Below, piece by piece: positions 40,877 through 54,979 of a stretch of 64,000 bases of DNA (the stretch's first letter is position 1; each line of letters begins with the position of its first letter). Position numbers and translations under genes: made by a program. Source of the DNA: Octopus vulgaris. Taxonomy: Eukaryota. The notes under the pieces are model-generated. The model did no database searches. It worked only from the letters and a program-made list of their open reading frames with translations, and was not told the DNA's origin. The DNA lies in assembly GCA_951406725.2 (NCBI GenBank), contig OX597834.1, forward strand, positions 22,320,001 through 22,384,000, in the 5' to 3' direction.

Positions 40877-40930
<54 letters not shown>

Positions 40931-42774
40931 GTGTGTGTATGTATCATGTATATATGTATAAATTTTATATATGTATGTGTGTATATATATATGTATATAT
41001 ATACGTGTGTGTATGTATCATTTATATATGTATAAATTTTATATATGTATGTGTATATATATATATGTATATATATACATGTGTGTGTATGTATCATGTA
41101 TATATGTTTATATTTTATATATGTATGTGTGTATATATATATATGTATGTATATATATATATATATATATATGTGTATGTGTGTGTGTGTATATACGCAT
41201 ACATATATATACATATTGGGAGACAAGTATTTTGCTTTTGGCACACACACACACATCATCGTCATCGTTTAACGTCTGTTTTCCATGCTGGCATGGGTTG
41301 GACAGGTTTGACTGAGGTCTGGAGAGCCAGAAGGCTGCACCAGGCTCCAATCTGATCTGGCAATGTTTCTACAGCTGGATGCCCTTCCTAATGCCAACCA
41401 CTCCAGGAGCGTAGTGGATGCTTTTTATGTGCCACTGGCACAGGAACCAGTTGGACATGCCTGGCATCAGCCACGTTCAGATAGTGCTTTTTATGTGCCA
41501 CCAGCATGGGACCCAGTCAGGTGGTCCTGTTGTAGAGAGGTTATGTTCATCCGGCCATTTGTGTCTGACAAAATACATATACTGCTAAGGACCTTATAGG
41601 TGCAAAACCAATGGTCACTCTCTGGCCAGCCATAACCAACACCCTTTTAGGTATGTGAGTTTATCCCTCACAACCAGTGTCAGTGGGTTTCTGTCCCCAT
41701 AACTTAGCAGTTTGACAAAGCGGATTGATAGAATAAGTACTAGACATTAAAAAATTAAGTACCGGGGTCGATTGCATTCAACTTAAAGTTATTCCAGTCA
41801 GTGCCCCAGCATGGCCACAGTGATATTTCATTCTTGCAAGATGGCAGTTCATGTCATGACAGATCTTGCGCATTGGGTTTGAAATTCTCTCTTTGGAGTT
41901 GTGTGTGCTATTGGAGCATTCCCAGAAGGTGAGGCAGGAATGTTGTGCATTTGTGAAAGTGAAACTGAAAAACATGCGTGTGTGTGTATAATGTTTATAG
42001 ATGTATGTATATGTTTTTGTATGTATGCACATATATGAAAGTTATACAGCCGCAGCTCTTGTGCTGAAAGCAGTTAAAAGAATATAGATAAGTATACATA
42101 TATATATATATACATGTGTGTGTATGTATGTGTATATATATATATATATACATACACACACGCACATACATGCTTACATACATGTGTATGTATATATGTA
42201 TATTTCTCCAGAGGCACCATCTTACAGATTGGTTTCTGCCAAAAAGATTTATAACTCCATCATCAACACTACCACCACCACCATCTCTCCTATTCTGCCC
42301 CCCCCCCCCCCCAAAAAAAAACTATCTTTAAAGATATTCTGTTATCTTGAAAGATAATTTTCTGTGTTTGTTTTAAAGAAAAAAATTTTATGTTATAAAG
42401 ATGAACATTCTTGTATGTGATGAAAATAAAATGAACCGGTATATTTCACATTTGACACTCTTAATACCATCCCAATAAGACCACCTCTACTTATATGATA
42501 CAAATTTCCTCATTCTAAAACCTGCCATCAAAATTTCATTATAATTTCTGTTCCAAACACCAGATTGAAAATGACTAAAGATAGTTTACTAAGTTCCTCA
42601 TTATTTTCAAAATCTGTGTATTTCAACAGAAAGATGATAACAAAATGGTTAAGAGTTGTCAAATGACTCCTGTCTTTTGCAGAATGGCAAACATTTGAAC
42701 CAGATCTTCTGGTTCCTTGCCTGCTAACTTAGTCCTTTGGATACCAAACTGCCTGAGACTGCTCTTAGTTATAT

Positions 42775-43250
42775 AATAATGATAATAATAATAATAATAA
42801 AACATTGTGTACAGTGCTCAGGTGCACTACAACTCATCTAAAGTGTATGTATAGTACATAGGGTAATGTACAAGCATCAGGAAAAGAACAGTGCATGAGT
42901 CATGACATACACATATGTGTATGAGTATGGAAGGGGGACAATCAGGTGTAGTTTCGGCGGATTTCGGAAAGCATGAGGGCCTTAAAGGATGCAGTGTCAT
43001 GGCAATCAACAACTGACGCAGGCAGTTTGTTCCATGCTTCAGCAACTCTGAGCGTGAAAAAATGTTTCCGAAAGTCATGGGAGCTGTGCTGTTTTCTGAC
43101 TTTGTAGGCATGTCCACGTGTGTTGGACACATGGAGATCAAAAAGGTGTTCAGTGTTGTTGTTGGTGAGGTGGTTGATAACTTTGTGGGTGTTTACCAAG
43201 TCCATCGCCAGAGCTTCAGTGAATCCATGCCCAGGGAAACAAGGCTTCCT
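42775..43250 (-). mobile_element. CR1-type LINE 3' fragment with 3' UTR and (ATT)n tail
   Basis: ORF 42942-43205 reads DLVNTHKVINHL...SNTRGHAYKVRKQHSSHDFRKHFFTLRVAEAWNKLPASVV...SFK, the CR1 ORF2 tail motif TRGH...RxHFFxxRVxxxWNxLP. It is inserted inside a TTAA MITE copy. Confidence 0.88.
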
Positions 43251-44489
43251 GTTTTAAAGTGATAGCAATTAGAACCTTCCACTAAAATTCCATGTTAATT
43301 TATCTTCCAAACCCCTGATTAATGAAGAGAAAGTTGTTTCAAGAAATTCTTCATTATTTTCAAAATTATTTGAGACAAAGGCAGTGGATTTCAACAGAAA
43401 TATGATAATGAAAGGGTTAATTAAGAGTTTGTTAAGTGGATCCTTCTCTGTCTTTTACAGAATGGCAAACATTTAAACCAGAGCTTCTGGTTTCCTGCCT
43501 ACCTACTTACAAGCTTCATAACTCTTTTAGTACCAACCTGTCTGAGACTGCTTCTGGTTCTATGATACAGATATCTTGTTTTCAAGTGATCTAAATTAAA
43601 ACCTTCCATCAAAATTTCATGTTAATTTTGTTAATTTACATTCCAAACACCAGCATCAATGTTATTTTGCTAAATTCATTATTTCCAAAAATAATGGGAA
43701 CAAATGCAGCTAACAAAAGAGTTAGGCCTGGCCTGGGGATAAACCACAACAGGAATCTTTTCACTTTGACCGGCAGATTTTAAAAATAATTTCTTTGTAA
43801 CTAAACACTTTTAAACTTCGTATACTAGTAGAATGTGTTACATAAAACATCTTTTTCTCTTGACTTTCTTGAGAAAATTCTGTAGTTTGTAAGCTATTTC
43901 TTGTTAAATTTCTTGCATTTCGGCAATTTCAACCAATCAATGAGGCGAATACAATTTCTGCAGTTGTTTATCGATCCTGAAAGCGTGAAAGGCAAAGTCA
44001 ACCTTGGCAGTATTTGAACTCAGAATGTAAAGACAGGAGAAATGCCATTAGGAATTTTGACCAACATGCTAATGACTTTGCCAGTTTGCCACTTCATCCC
44101 AACTTAATAACCCTTTCTTGTTTTGGCAATTTTAAGGAGTGAGGGACTGGATTACATTGACCCCAGTACTCAACTGATACTTGTCTTAACGACTCTGGAA
44201 TGGAAGGATGAAAGGCAAAGTTGACTTCGGCGGAGTTTGAACTCATAAGACCTGTAGAAATATCACTAAGCATTTTACTCCTTCCCCCTTAATAATAACA
44301 AAGTTGTTTGACTGAATTCTTTGTTGTTTTACCTAATTAATTAAAACAAACATAGTTTATATACTGCAGTATAAATACAATAAGAAAAAGGCTAAAAAAA
44401 AAAAGACTTGATGGTCACTGTGGTCACTACTTCAGTGCCATTTGATCCTAGTTCTGCACACTCAATGCTAACCTGGAACATGCGACCAG

Positions 44490-44806
44490 CACGCCATCGG
44501 TTATAATGACAAGGGTTCCAGTTGATCCAATCAATGGAACAGCCTGCTCATGAAATTAACATGCAAGTGGCTGAGTACTTCACAGACACACATGCTCTTA
44601 ACGTAGTTCTCAGGGAGGTTCAGCGTGACACAGGATGTGACAACGCTGGTCCTTTGAAATCAGGTACTACTCATTCTTGCCAGCTGAGTGGACTGGAGCA
44701 ACATGAAATAAAGTGTCTTGCTCAAGGACACAACGCGTTGCCGTGAATCGAGCTCGCCATCTTACAATCGTGAGCTGAATACCCCAACCATTAAGTCACA
44801 TGCCTT
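44490..44806 (-). mobile_element. tRNA-derived SINE family D
   Basis: The minus strand has a tRNA-like head (ggcatgtgacttaatggtt...gctcgattcac) followed by gttgtgtccttgagcaagacacttt, a CORE/V-like central motif. Fragments occur at 18190-18345, 35694-35790 and 63375-63420. Confidence 0.65.
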
Positions 44807-45215
44807 CACTGAAGCATGTAAAGAGAAACGCATAAGGTAGAAACCAGCTTCTCTACGATATAACCATGTTGCTTAATGTTCTAGTGACATGGCCCCCACC
44901 TTCAGCTCTGTGTAAAAAGTTGCTCAGAGCAAAACAGCTTATTCAGATATTCTGGCACTTCCCTTGTGGCATAAAAAAAATTATGATGTTGATGATCATA
45001 ATAATAATAATGATGATCATGATAATTTGGGGCTGCTTACAATGCCATACTGATTAAGTTATCTTATCAGTAGAGATTCCCTTCTTGAAATTGATTTGGT
45101 AAATTAATACCGAAATTATTTTGCTCGTTATCAGCAAGTATTATTAGTGATAATATTACACCTTCACATGCACCTTATATGCACATGTGTGTGTTTATAT
45201 ATGTAGATATGTGAA

Positions 45216-45280
<65 letters not shown>

Positions 45281-47594
45281 GTATGTAGATATGTGAATGT
45301 GTATATATAAATATCTCCTTTAAACTATCGTTATCAACCTATGGGATTACTGACAGCAAGGGATGGTGGGGACGGGTTCACTCCAAACTTTGTTGTTTGT
45401 TTTATCTTTAACTTTTCCAATGCCAAATTCAGTGCATTTGAAAAATAAGCTTTCGTATCAAGCTGTGAACCTCTATTTTTGGAGAGTAGAAATGGTGGTG
45501 CTGGTGGTAGTGTCATGGCTGCTCAGAGTACGGATACAGAGCTTACTAACTCTTCTCGTTCGTTATTTGCCCAGATATAGTATTTCTAGCGCATAATTTG
45601 TGCAGATATTCTCACAACTTTGCTCCAAAATAACAGCAGCTGATTTCATAATTTTGCATCCTAGTTTTTCTTAAAGTTTGTCTGAAGGTTTACTTTGCTT
45701 ATCGTCTTTTCTGTGGGGCCCCATTAAAAATATGGATCAATCCAGGGACAGTGGTTTAGTAAAATTGTTAAAGGGATCAGTACAATACCTTGTGGTTTCT
45801 GTCCCGTCTCTTTGTCTTCTGATAATGATATCTGCAATGAGACTGTGGTCAAGCTATATCAGCCAAAGTCTGTGGTCATTTTCTTGGATAAACATCGTGG
45901 TTTTACTCAAGTAAGAGATCTTTTTATTTCAGAGGACTTTCAAAGGGCAGAGCTATTGGTTGTAATGTCAACAAGAATGTAAACATCATCACTGTTTCAT
46001 GTGGACATTGACAGAAGTACCAGTTACGCACTGGGGTCGATGTAATCAACTTAATACCTATGTCTGTCCTTGTTTGTCCCCTCTATGTTTAGCCCCTTGT
46101 GGGTAATAAAGAAATAAGGATACCAACTTTTGTATGCACACACAGCCTTGTGGTTTTTGGTTCAGTCCCACTGTACAGCACCTTGGGCAATTATCTTTTG
46201 CAACAGCCCCAGGTTAATCAAAGCCTTATGAGTGGATTTGATAGATGGAAACTGAAAGAAGCCTGTCATATATATATGAATGTGAACATGTTTATTTCAG
46301 AGATTTCTGAAAGTGCAGATAATACATATATATATATATATATGATGGGCTTCTTTCTGTTTCTGTCTACCAAATCAACTCACAAGGCTTTGGTCAGCCC
46401 AAGGTGCCATGCAGTAGGACTGAACCCAGAACCATGTGGTTAGGAAGCAAGCTTCTTACCACACAGCCATGTCTACACCTACCTTTTGTTATTGTGGAGG
46501 AGCAATTGTAAGAATATCCGTGTATATTATGTGTCGGAGATGCTGTAATCTCAAAACCTCATACTCCATACACTGCAAGGAAAATAAATGCATAAGGGGC
46601 TATGGAAGAAGAGGGATCAGGAAGGAGTTTCTGGGTGGGGGTCAGGGAGTTAAGTAAGCCAAGGAGAAACAAAGGATCAAGTACTTTATAACCACCTCCA
46701 GGTGTTGAGTATATCAAAAACGAAGAAAGTCCCTCCCCCCCCCACCACCACCACCACCTCTACCATCACCTTCTCCACCTTCAGCACATACAGCATCTTC
46801 AACTTAATAGCTTAAGCCATTTTTCTCTCCTCTTACCCCCACCCCCACCATTTGTATTGGGGGTGGGGAATAACAACATGAAAAAAAAAGAACTATTGGT
46901 GAAGGGGCTAATAGCTGTTAGCCTTTTTTTTTGTATTTTTGCAGTGTTTTGTTTTGTCTTTTTTTGAGGAATTATTATTCTCAATAATCTGGAGGGGAAC
47001 ACACGCGTGTGTGTGTGTGTGTCTAGTGTTTGGTGTAATGTATAGAGCATTACAAAAGAGATTACGTTTGTTCTTATATTAGTCACGCACCAAGCTAATG
47101 CTTTTAGAATGGTATTATATATAGTCTTTTACATGTTTCAGTCATTTGAGTGTGGCCATGCTGGAGCACTGCCTTTAGTCGAACAAATTGAACCCCAGGA
47201 CTTATTCTTTGTAAGCCTAGTACTTACTCTATCGGTCTCTTTTGCCGAACTGCTAAGTTACGGGGACGTAAACTTACCAACATTGATTGTCAAGCGATGG
47301 TCAGGGGACAAACACAGACTCACAAGCATACACACACACAACATATATCATCATCATCATCATCATCATCGTTTAACGTCCGTTTTCCACGCTAGCACGG
47401 GTTGGACGGTTTCGACCGGGGTCTGGGGAGCTCGGGACTGCCCCAGGCTCCAGTCTAGTCTGGCAGTGTTTCTACAGCTGGATGCCCTTCCTAACGCCAA
47501 CCACTCCGCGAGTGTAGTGGGTGTTTTTTACGTGCCACCTGCACAGGTGCCAGAGGGGTCTGGCTATATATATATATATATACACTCTCTCTCT

Positions 47595-47975
47595 ATTACT
47601 TGTTTCAGTCATTTGACTGCGGCCATGCTGGAGCACTGCCTTTAGTCGAGCAAATCGACCCCGGGACTTATTCTATGTAAGCCCAGTACTTATTCTATCG
47701 GTCTCTTTCGCCGAACCGCTAAGTGACGGGGACGTAAACACACCAGCATCGGTTGTCAAGCAATGCTAGGGGGACAAACACACACACATACACATATATA
47801 TATACATATATACGACAGGCTTCTTTCAGTTTCCGTCTACCAAATCCACTCACAAGGCATAGGTCGGCCCGGGGCTATAGCAGAAGACACTTGCCCAAGA
47901 TGCCACGCAGTGGGACTGAACACGGAACCATGTGGTTGGTTAGCAAGCTACTTACCACACAGCCACTCCTGCGCC
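47595..47975 (-). mobile_element. SINE family B, near-intact antisense copy
   Basis: Reverse complement of 26426-26848 with only a few differences. Confidence 0.85.
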
Positions 47976-48034
47976 TACATATATATATATGACAGGCTTC
48001 CTTCAGTTTTCGTTACCACAGCCATGCCTGTGCC

Positions 48035-48067
<33 letters not shown>

Positions 48068-48903
48068 AGTTATTAGGAAGGGCATCCAGACATAGAAATC
48101 AAACCAAAACAAACAATGGACCCTGCTGAAGCTCTCTGGCTTACCACCATGGAAGACGTGTGTCAAATGATGATGATAATGATGATGATGAATGCTCCCT
48201 GCAATGCCCTTCCATCCGTAGTATATATTTTTAAATCTACAAGGATTGCGGGTTTGTAATAATTGCTTTCGATTCAGTCAGTATCATTGGCCCTCAGTAC
48301 ATGGCTGGTACCTTATTTCGTCGACCTCCCTGAAAGGGTGACTGGCAATGTGATCTCAGTGATATTTGAACTTAGAATGTGAAGAGCCAGAATAAATATT
48401 CCTTTGCATTTTGTCTGATGCTCTACTGATTCTGCCAGCTTCCCCCACCCTTGACAAATGTGAATAATAAATACATTTTTCTTTTTTTTTTGTATTCTTT
48501 TCTTTGATTTTTGATTTGATCTATTTCTGAATCAATTTATTGATTTCTCTTTCAACAAATTTATTTTCTCAATATTTAACCTTAATTAAGAAGACAAATA
48601 TTTTATTTTTCATTTCTCCCTTCTCTATATATATCCTCTTTCTCCTATTGTTTTTCTTAATCTACTAAGTGAATTTAATGTCCTGTTCTGCTATTGCTGT
48701 TGTTGTTGTTGTTGTTGTTTTTGTTGTTGTCATTCCAATCTGATCAGTCAATTTTATTTATTTGCAAACCAATTCAAAATTTTCCTTCAATATTTGACCT
48801 TAAGTAAAAACACTCAAACATAATAATAAATAAATAAATAAACCTCAAAGCTTTATTTTATTATTCTTTTTCTTAACCATGCCTCTGTCTTTATATTTTT
48901 CAG

Positions 48904-49027
48904 GATTCGGAACTCAACGAATTAAGAGCGACAATTGAGGCCTTAAAGCGACAAAGCGGACTTAACAATCCCGATTCAACAATCAGTCCGAATATTGGGC
49001 GTAGACATACTTCTCCTGCTGCAGGAG
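48904..49027 (+). CDS. NAV2: Neuron navigator coding exon B
   Basis: ttttcag|GAT...GGAG|gtaagt; 124 nt, phase 0-1. DSELNELRATIEALKRQSGLNNPDSTISPNIGRRHTSPAAG continues the NAV AEQK-DSELxELRxTIExLK coiled coil. Confidence 0.93.
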
Positions 49028-49956
49028 GTAAGTCAATCCATGACTGTTCAATTCCCTAACATTTGTCTTCTAAATTTGTCCAGTACATTCTGGAAAGTGG
49101 TTGGCATTAGGAATGGCATCCAGCCATAGGAATCATGCCAAAAATGACATTGGAGCCTGATGCAGCCTTGCGGATTGCCAGTTCCCTGTCAAACTGTCCA
49201 ACCCATGCCAGCATGGAAAGGGGACATTAAATACTGATGATGACAATGACAATGGTGATTGTCTTGTACATTCACTAACACCACTGTCTTATAGATTCGT
49301 TAATACATGTCTTATAAATTTGTTTGGACCTAGCACAATCAAATAGTGAAGAAGTTTACATTGTGATCAGGAGGTCCCTGGTGTAGTTTCAGGTGACATC
49401 CTGGGCAAGTACCTTTTAACTGTTATTTCTAGCAAATCAAGCAACCACATAGAGGCTTCCACATTGACTTGGAGGCCCTGTCAATGGTCATGGGCACTGC
49501 CTCCCCTCTGACTAAAAGGTAAAGGAAAAAGATTTCATCTACATAACAAATGTCCCAGAATTATCCTTATGTACCTCTGCCTAAAACTAGATTTGATCCA
49601 GTACCCCAGATTATCTTTATCACATCTAGTTCTGTCTAGAACTAGATGTGATCTACATTATACTTAAACACCTCTGCTGACAATTAGTTACACTTCAAAT
49701 TGTATTCATATTCCTCTGTCTAGTTCATTAGTTCTCAAGTGGGGTTCACAAGAATCTTGAGGGCCCATCAGAAATTTTTTGGTTAAAATTTGTGCAGTAA
49801 ATTGTTTATATTTCTACAATACATAAAATGCCAGCTTTTGTGTTTCCTAGGGGTCCATGCATTAAAAAAATGATTAAAGGATTAACCATATCTGTTGCTG
49901 ACCCCTAAAAAACTGTTTTATAATATAATCAGCTAATTTTTTTTTCTTTCTTTCAG

Positions 49957-50102
49957 GATCAGAAGCTCGTATAATTCGGCAAATGTCCTCAGACAGCATG
50001 TCCAGTATCAACAGTTTGTCTAGTGCTTGCAGTGCTGCCAGCCAGCAGTCTGCTGCCACAGATGGTGACATCGGCAAGAAAAAGAACAAAAAGAAGGGCT
50101 GG
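49957..50102 (+). CDS. NAV2: Neuron navigator coding exon C
   Basis: ctttcag|GA...TGG|gtaaat; 146 nt, phase 1-0. GSEARIIRQMSSDSMSSINSLSSACSAASQQSAATDGDIGKKKNKKKGW matches the NAV RQxSSDSxSSINS...KKKKKxW motif. Confidence 0.95.
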
Positions 50103-50644
50103 GTAAATATTTTGCTCTCTCTCTCTCTCTCTCTCCCCCTTTTTTTTTTTTACCTTTTCACATTATCACTCTGTCTCTCTTACACAAAAAGACATACTCA
50201 CAAACTATATATACATGTGTGTGTATATGTATATACATTCAAAATTTGACCGCATGTGTACCGTTGGCGATTTTTTTTCCTCTGTCTTCCCTTCTCCTAT
50301 GTTTCCGATGAAGAGCTCCGCTCGAAATGTTAAACCTTCCTTCTTTCCTGAGCATCCAATAATACTATATTTGTTCCACGTCCTCGCGTTGTTATGTTTT
50401 TTTGTGCTTTCATGGTTGGATTAACTATGTATATACATGTACACACACACACACACACACACATACATACATATTGATTCTGTTATTGGTTTCTGCCAGT
50501 AGATGTGGCCATACTAGGGCACTATCATGAACATTAATGCTCATATATTTTAGAAACGTTTCCTGATCCTTTCTCCAGAATTGGTCCTGGAGAATTAGTC
50601 ACTTAAACAGAACTGCCCTCCTTCCTATTTCTTGTTGTATATCT

Positions 50645-50682
<38 letters not shown>

Positions 50683-50740
50683 TTCCATTGTGTTTGTTCT
50701 CTCTATCTTTCACTCATTCCTTCTTTCTTTTTTATTTCAG

Positions 50741-50919
50741 CTGCGTAGTTCATTCAGTAAAGCCTTCTCTCGCAAAAAGAACAAACATGGATCTATGTCA
50801 GACGTGGAACCAGATACCACTAGTCTGAGATCTAATTGTTCTGCTCCAAATTCTCCTCTTTTACAACTTTCTCATCTTAATGGCCCCGGATCTATCAAGG
50901 GGTCACATTCTTCTGGAGC
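50741..50919 (+). CDS. NAV2: Neuron navigator coding exon D
   Basis: tatttcag|CTG...GC|gtaagt; 179 nt, phase 0-2. LRSSFSKAFSRKKNKHGSMSDVEPDTTSLRSNCSAPNSPLLQLSHLNGPGSIKGSHSSG carries the NAV LRSSFxKAF, SDxE and SAPxSP motifs. Confidence 0.95.
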
Positions 50920-51908
50920 GTAAGTATATGTTTTTTTTGTTTTGTTTTTTTACCATAATTTCAATCAAATCTTACTTTAACCATTTTGGCACCCACAGGC
51001 TTGTGAGAGTCCCAAGCTCTAAGATAAAATTTCCCTGTTTTTAAAGTGATCTAAAATAAAAGACTTCCATCAAAATTTTTTATTAATTTGTCTTTCAAAA
51101 ATCGGGTTAATTTTGATAAAGTTATTTTATTAAATTCTTCATTATTTTCAAAATTAATTGAAATAAAAGTGTGTTTTAGCAGAAATTTGGTAACAAAATG
51201 GTTAAAAAGGATTTGTTGAGTGAATCCTTCTCAACCTTTCTTACAGAATGGCGAACATTTAAACCAAAATTTCTGGTTCCGTGCTTGCCAACTTCCAAGC
51301 TTAATAACCCTTTTGGTACCAAATCACCTGAGACTGTTTCTGGTTCTTTTATGCAAACATCTTGTTTTAAAATTATCTTAATTAAAACCTTTCAAAATTT
51401 CAAAACACCTTAATAATGAGGAAGTCATTTTACTAAATTTTCCATTTTTTTCAAAATGAATTGAAACAACATTTTATTTCAACAGAAATAAAACAACAAA
51501 AGTTTTTTTTTTTTGTTTTTTTTTGTAAATTGAAAAAATACACAAAAATAGCACATGCAAGCTTTTGTACACACACACACACACACACACATGCTGAGAC
51601 CTGCAGTTCCAATCAGGAGTCAAACTATGCACAAATTAATCAATATGTTATCAGCCCTGATCAAACAAATCTATGATCAAATGCATTCAGCCATGATTGT
51701 CCACCCCCACCCCATTTTCAGACGTAGTGTATCTTGGAGTACATTATGCAATATGCTCTCTCCTCGTTTTTGGATAGGAGCCAAATGCCCTATGTATGTA
51801 TATATCACAATCATCATCATCCATTTATCGTTCGCTTTCCATGCTGGCATGGGTTGGACAGTTTGACTGAAGGAGGTTGCACCAAGCTCCAATCTGATCT
51901 GGCAAAGT

Positions 51909-51955
<47 letters not shown>

Positions 51956-53861
51956 CGAGCTGGCAGAATCGTTAGCATGCCGGGCGAAATGCATAGCCAT
52001 ATTTCGTCTGCCATTACGTTCTGAGTTCAAATTCCGCCAAGGTCGACTTTGCCTTTCATCCTCTTGGGGTCGATAAATAAAGTACCAGTTACGCACTGGG
52101 ATCGATGTAATCAACTTAATCCCTTTGTCTGTCCTTGTTTGTCCCCTCTATGTTTAGCCCCTTGTGGGTAGTAAAGAAATATATATATGTGTTTGTGTGC
52201 ACAGATGCACACACACATACATATAATTTCCTCTTAACTATTTCCACACCAGACCGTCAAGTACTAGGTCCCCTCTGCACAAATTTCAGGCCTTGTGCCT
52301 GTAGTAGAAAGGACTATTATTATTATTTATTTATTGCCCATAGGGGGGACAAACAAGGACAGACAAAGGAATTGATTACATCGACTCCAGTGCATAACTG
52401 GTACTTATTTAATCAACCCCGAAAGGATTAAAGGTAACCTTGGTGGAATTTGAACTCAACGTAATGGCAGATGAAATACCACTAAGCATTATTATTATTA
52501 TTATTATTATTATTAAGGCGGTAGGCTGGCAGAATCGTTTGCACATTGGGTGAAATGAGGTATTTCATCTGCCACTACATTCTGAGTTCAAATTCCACCG
52601 AGGTCGACTTTGCCTTTCATCCTTTCAGGGTTGATGAAATAAGTACCAGTTACACACTGGGGTCAATGTAATCAACTAGCCTCCTTCCCCAAAAATTTTT
52701 CAAGGCCTTGGGCCTAGAACAGAAATGATAATAATAATAATAATTATTATTATTCATGAATGCACCCATTCCATCTGTATCAAAGACTTCCTTATCACCA
52801 TTCTATTAGCATTGCTGTAATGAGCTCTCATTAACAATTACCCTCATTATTTATATATATATATGTATGTATGTGTGTGTGTATATATATATATATGTGT
52901 GTGTGTGTGTATATATATATATACATATATATGTGTGTGTGTATATATATGTATTTATGTATATATGTGTATATATATATATCCTTCTAATTACTGACAA
53001 CATGCATGCATAATTACTCAAATCTTTATCTTGTTTGTCTCGTATATCTCTTGTAATCTAAGGCTGGAGCAGGTATGGCTTCTTTGAAATTAAGTAGTTC
53101 CCTTCGCAAAAAAAAAACCCAAAAAAAACAACATATCACTCTTTGATCTGTTGATATTTTCTTTCTTTTTTTTTTTTTATGTATATTTATCTTTACATTC
53201 TGAGTTCAAATTCTGCCAAGGTCGACTTTGCCTTTCATCCTTACGGGGTTGCTAAAATAAGTACCAGTTTAACACTGGGATTGATGTCATCAGCTTACCC
53301 CCTCCCCTCGAGATTGCTGGCCTTACTATTTTTTTAAGATTATATTATTTATATTTTAACGGCGGCAACCTCACAGAATGGTTAGCACACCAGGCAAAGT
53401 TCTTAGCACCATTTTGTCTGTCTTTACATTTTGAATTCAGATTCTACCGAGGTTGACTTTGCTTTTCATCCTTTCAAGGCTGATGAAATAAGTATCAGTT
53501 GAGTACAGGGGGCGATGTAATCAGCTTACCCCCCTCTCTGGAACTTGCTGGTCTTGTGCTGAAATTTGAACACCATTATTTATATTTTAATGTTTGCTTT
53601 GAGATCCTTTGTTCCAAGAAAGAATTATTCCATGTTCTCTCAAAAGTTTCTAAAATGACCCGAGAAATTGCAAAGATTGGTCCAGTGATAAAACATCTGT
53701 CATATCTACAGGTGATGTGAGTTCAAGTTCCATGTCCAGCCTTTGATTTTTTCTATCCAAAGGGGGTTTTTTTTAATCCAATTTTTACATGATATTATTT
53801 ATAGCTTAATAAGCGCTTCAATATCCACTCTTCCTAAAACGATTTTTCTTTTTATGCACAG

Positions 53862-54006
53862 AATTTGCGAATCGGAGGACTCGACTGTCAGTGAACTGCG
53901 CAAACAACTCCGTGAAAAAGATATGAAGTTGACAGATATACGCCTCGAAGCATTAACCTCAGCTCATCAACTCGAGCAATTACGAGAAACCATGAATAAA
54001 ATGAGG
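53862..54006 (+). CDS. NAV2: Neuron navigator coding exon E, second coiled coil
   Basis: tgcacag|A...AGG|gttagt; 145 nt, phase 2-0. ICESEDSTVSELRKQLREKDMKLTDIRLEALTSAHQLEQLRETMNKMR contains the diagnostic NAV motif LTDIRLEALxSAHQL. Confidence 0.97.
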
Positions 54007-54229
54007 GTTAGTATTGTTGTTATTATCATTGTTTAATTTATCCTCTCCTACTCCTCCTGCTCATCACCCCTTCACTAGGCCCGTTCTTTGATCAAAAATG
54101 TTTCAGACACAATAGTTTCATCTTATTTTTTGGCTCGTAGTGTTTCTACATGTACATTGTCTATAAAGTGTCTATAAGATGATAAGGGAAGATTTAGCTG
54201 CTATTTATAGAAGATTGAGTGACTATATA

Positions 54230-54510
54230 ATCTCATCTCATATAGGTCATCCTATAGGATGCCCCAAGACTGTTTCCACACGTTTCCCCCACTCATCTCG
54301 ATCTTCCATAATGGTCCTCAGCTCCTGTACCCCTTCCATACCAGTATCCTCCAGCAAGTGGTCAATAGAGGTCATCTTCCTCTCCTGGTTCTTCCTTCCA
54401 TTGGTTGCCAGAGCACCAGCTTGTTAGCAATTTCATCAGTGTGTCTGATGCAGTGTCCAGCAAGCCTCGCCCTTCTATGCTGCATCTTCAACGTTACTTT
54501 TGGTAGTCCC
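54230..54510 (-). mobile_element. RTE/RTEX-type LINE 3' fragment
   Basis: Minus strand reads GLPKVTLKMQHRRARLAGHCIRHTDEIANKLVLWQPMEGRTRRG, then after a frameshift MTSIDHLLEDTGMEGVQELRTIMEDRDEW; ends in a short (ATGAG)n-like tail. Confidence 0.8.
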
Positions 54511-54942
54511 TAGTATAAGTCAGAGATGGCTAACAACTTTGACTATTTAAAGTAGCTAAGATTTTGCTATTAATACTGGGGTTAGCATAATCAACTTTGC
54601 CCTTCCCCTCAAAAAGTGCTAGCTCTGAGCCAAAATTTGAAACCATTATTGTTGTTGTTATAATCATCATTATTGTCATGTGCACCTAGATTGAGGAAAA
54701 CAATAAAGAGGGCACTTGCACTAGTGACCAGGATGACCCCAGGTTTTGTAGGGTTTTCACAAGCAGCCCTTGGAAGTCTCTCTCTCTTTTGGGGAGTTTT
54801 TCCTTGTTAGAATTTATGTTATAGCTTTTACCATTTATATGCTTCTATTTATGTAACCCCACACTGTATTGTTCCCTACCATCTCCTATGTTTTTTTGTG
54901 AACCCTTACTGGTAAATAAGAAATGCATTATTATTGTTGTTG

Positions 54943-54979
<37 letters not shown>

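Larger units (their letters stand above)
12632..48903 (+). other. 36.3 kb phase-0 GT-AG intron of the NAV gene, repeat-filled
   Basis: The flanking exons join AEQK|DSEL in frame. No other confidently coding exon was recognised inside it. Confidence 0.85.
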
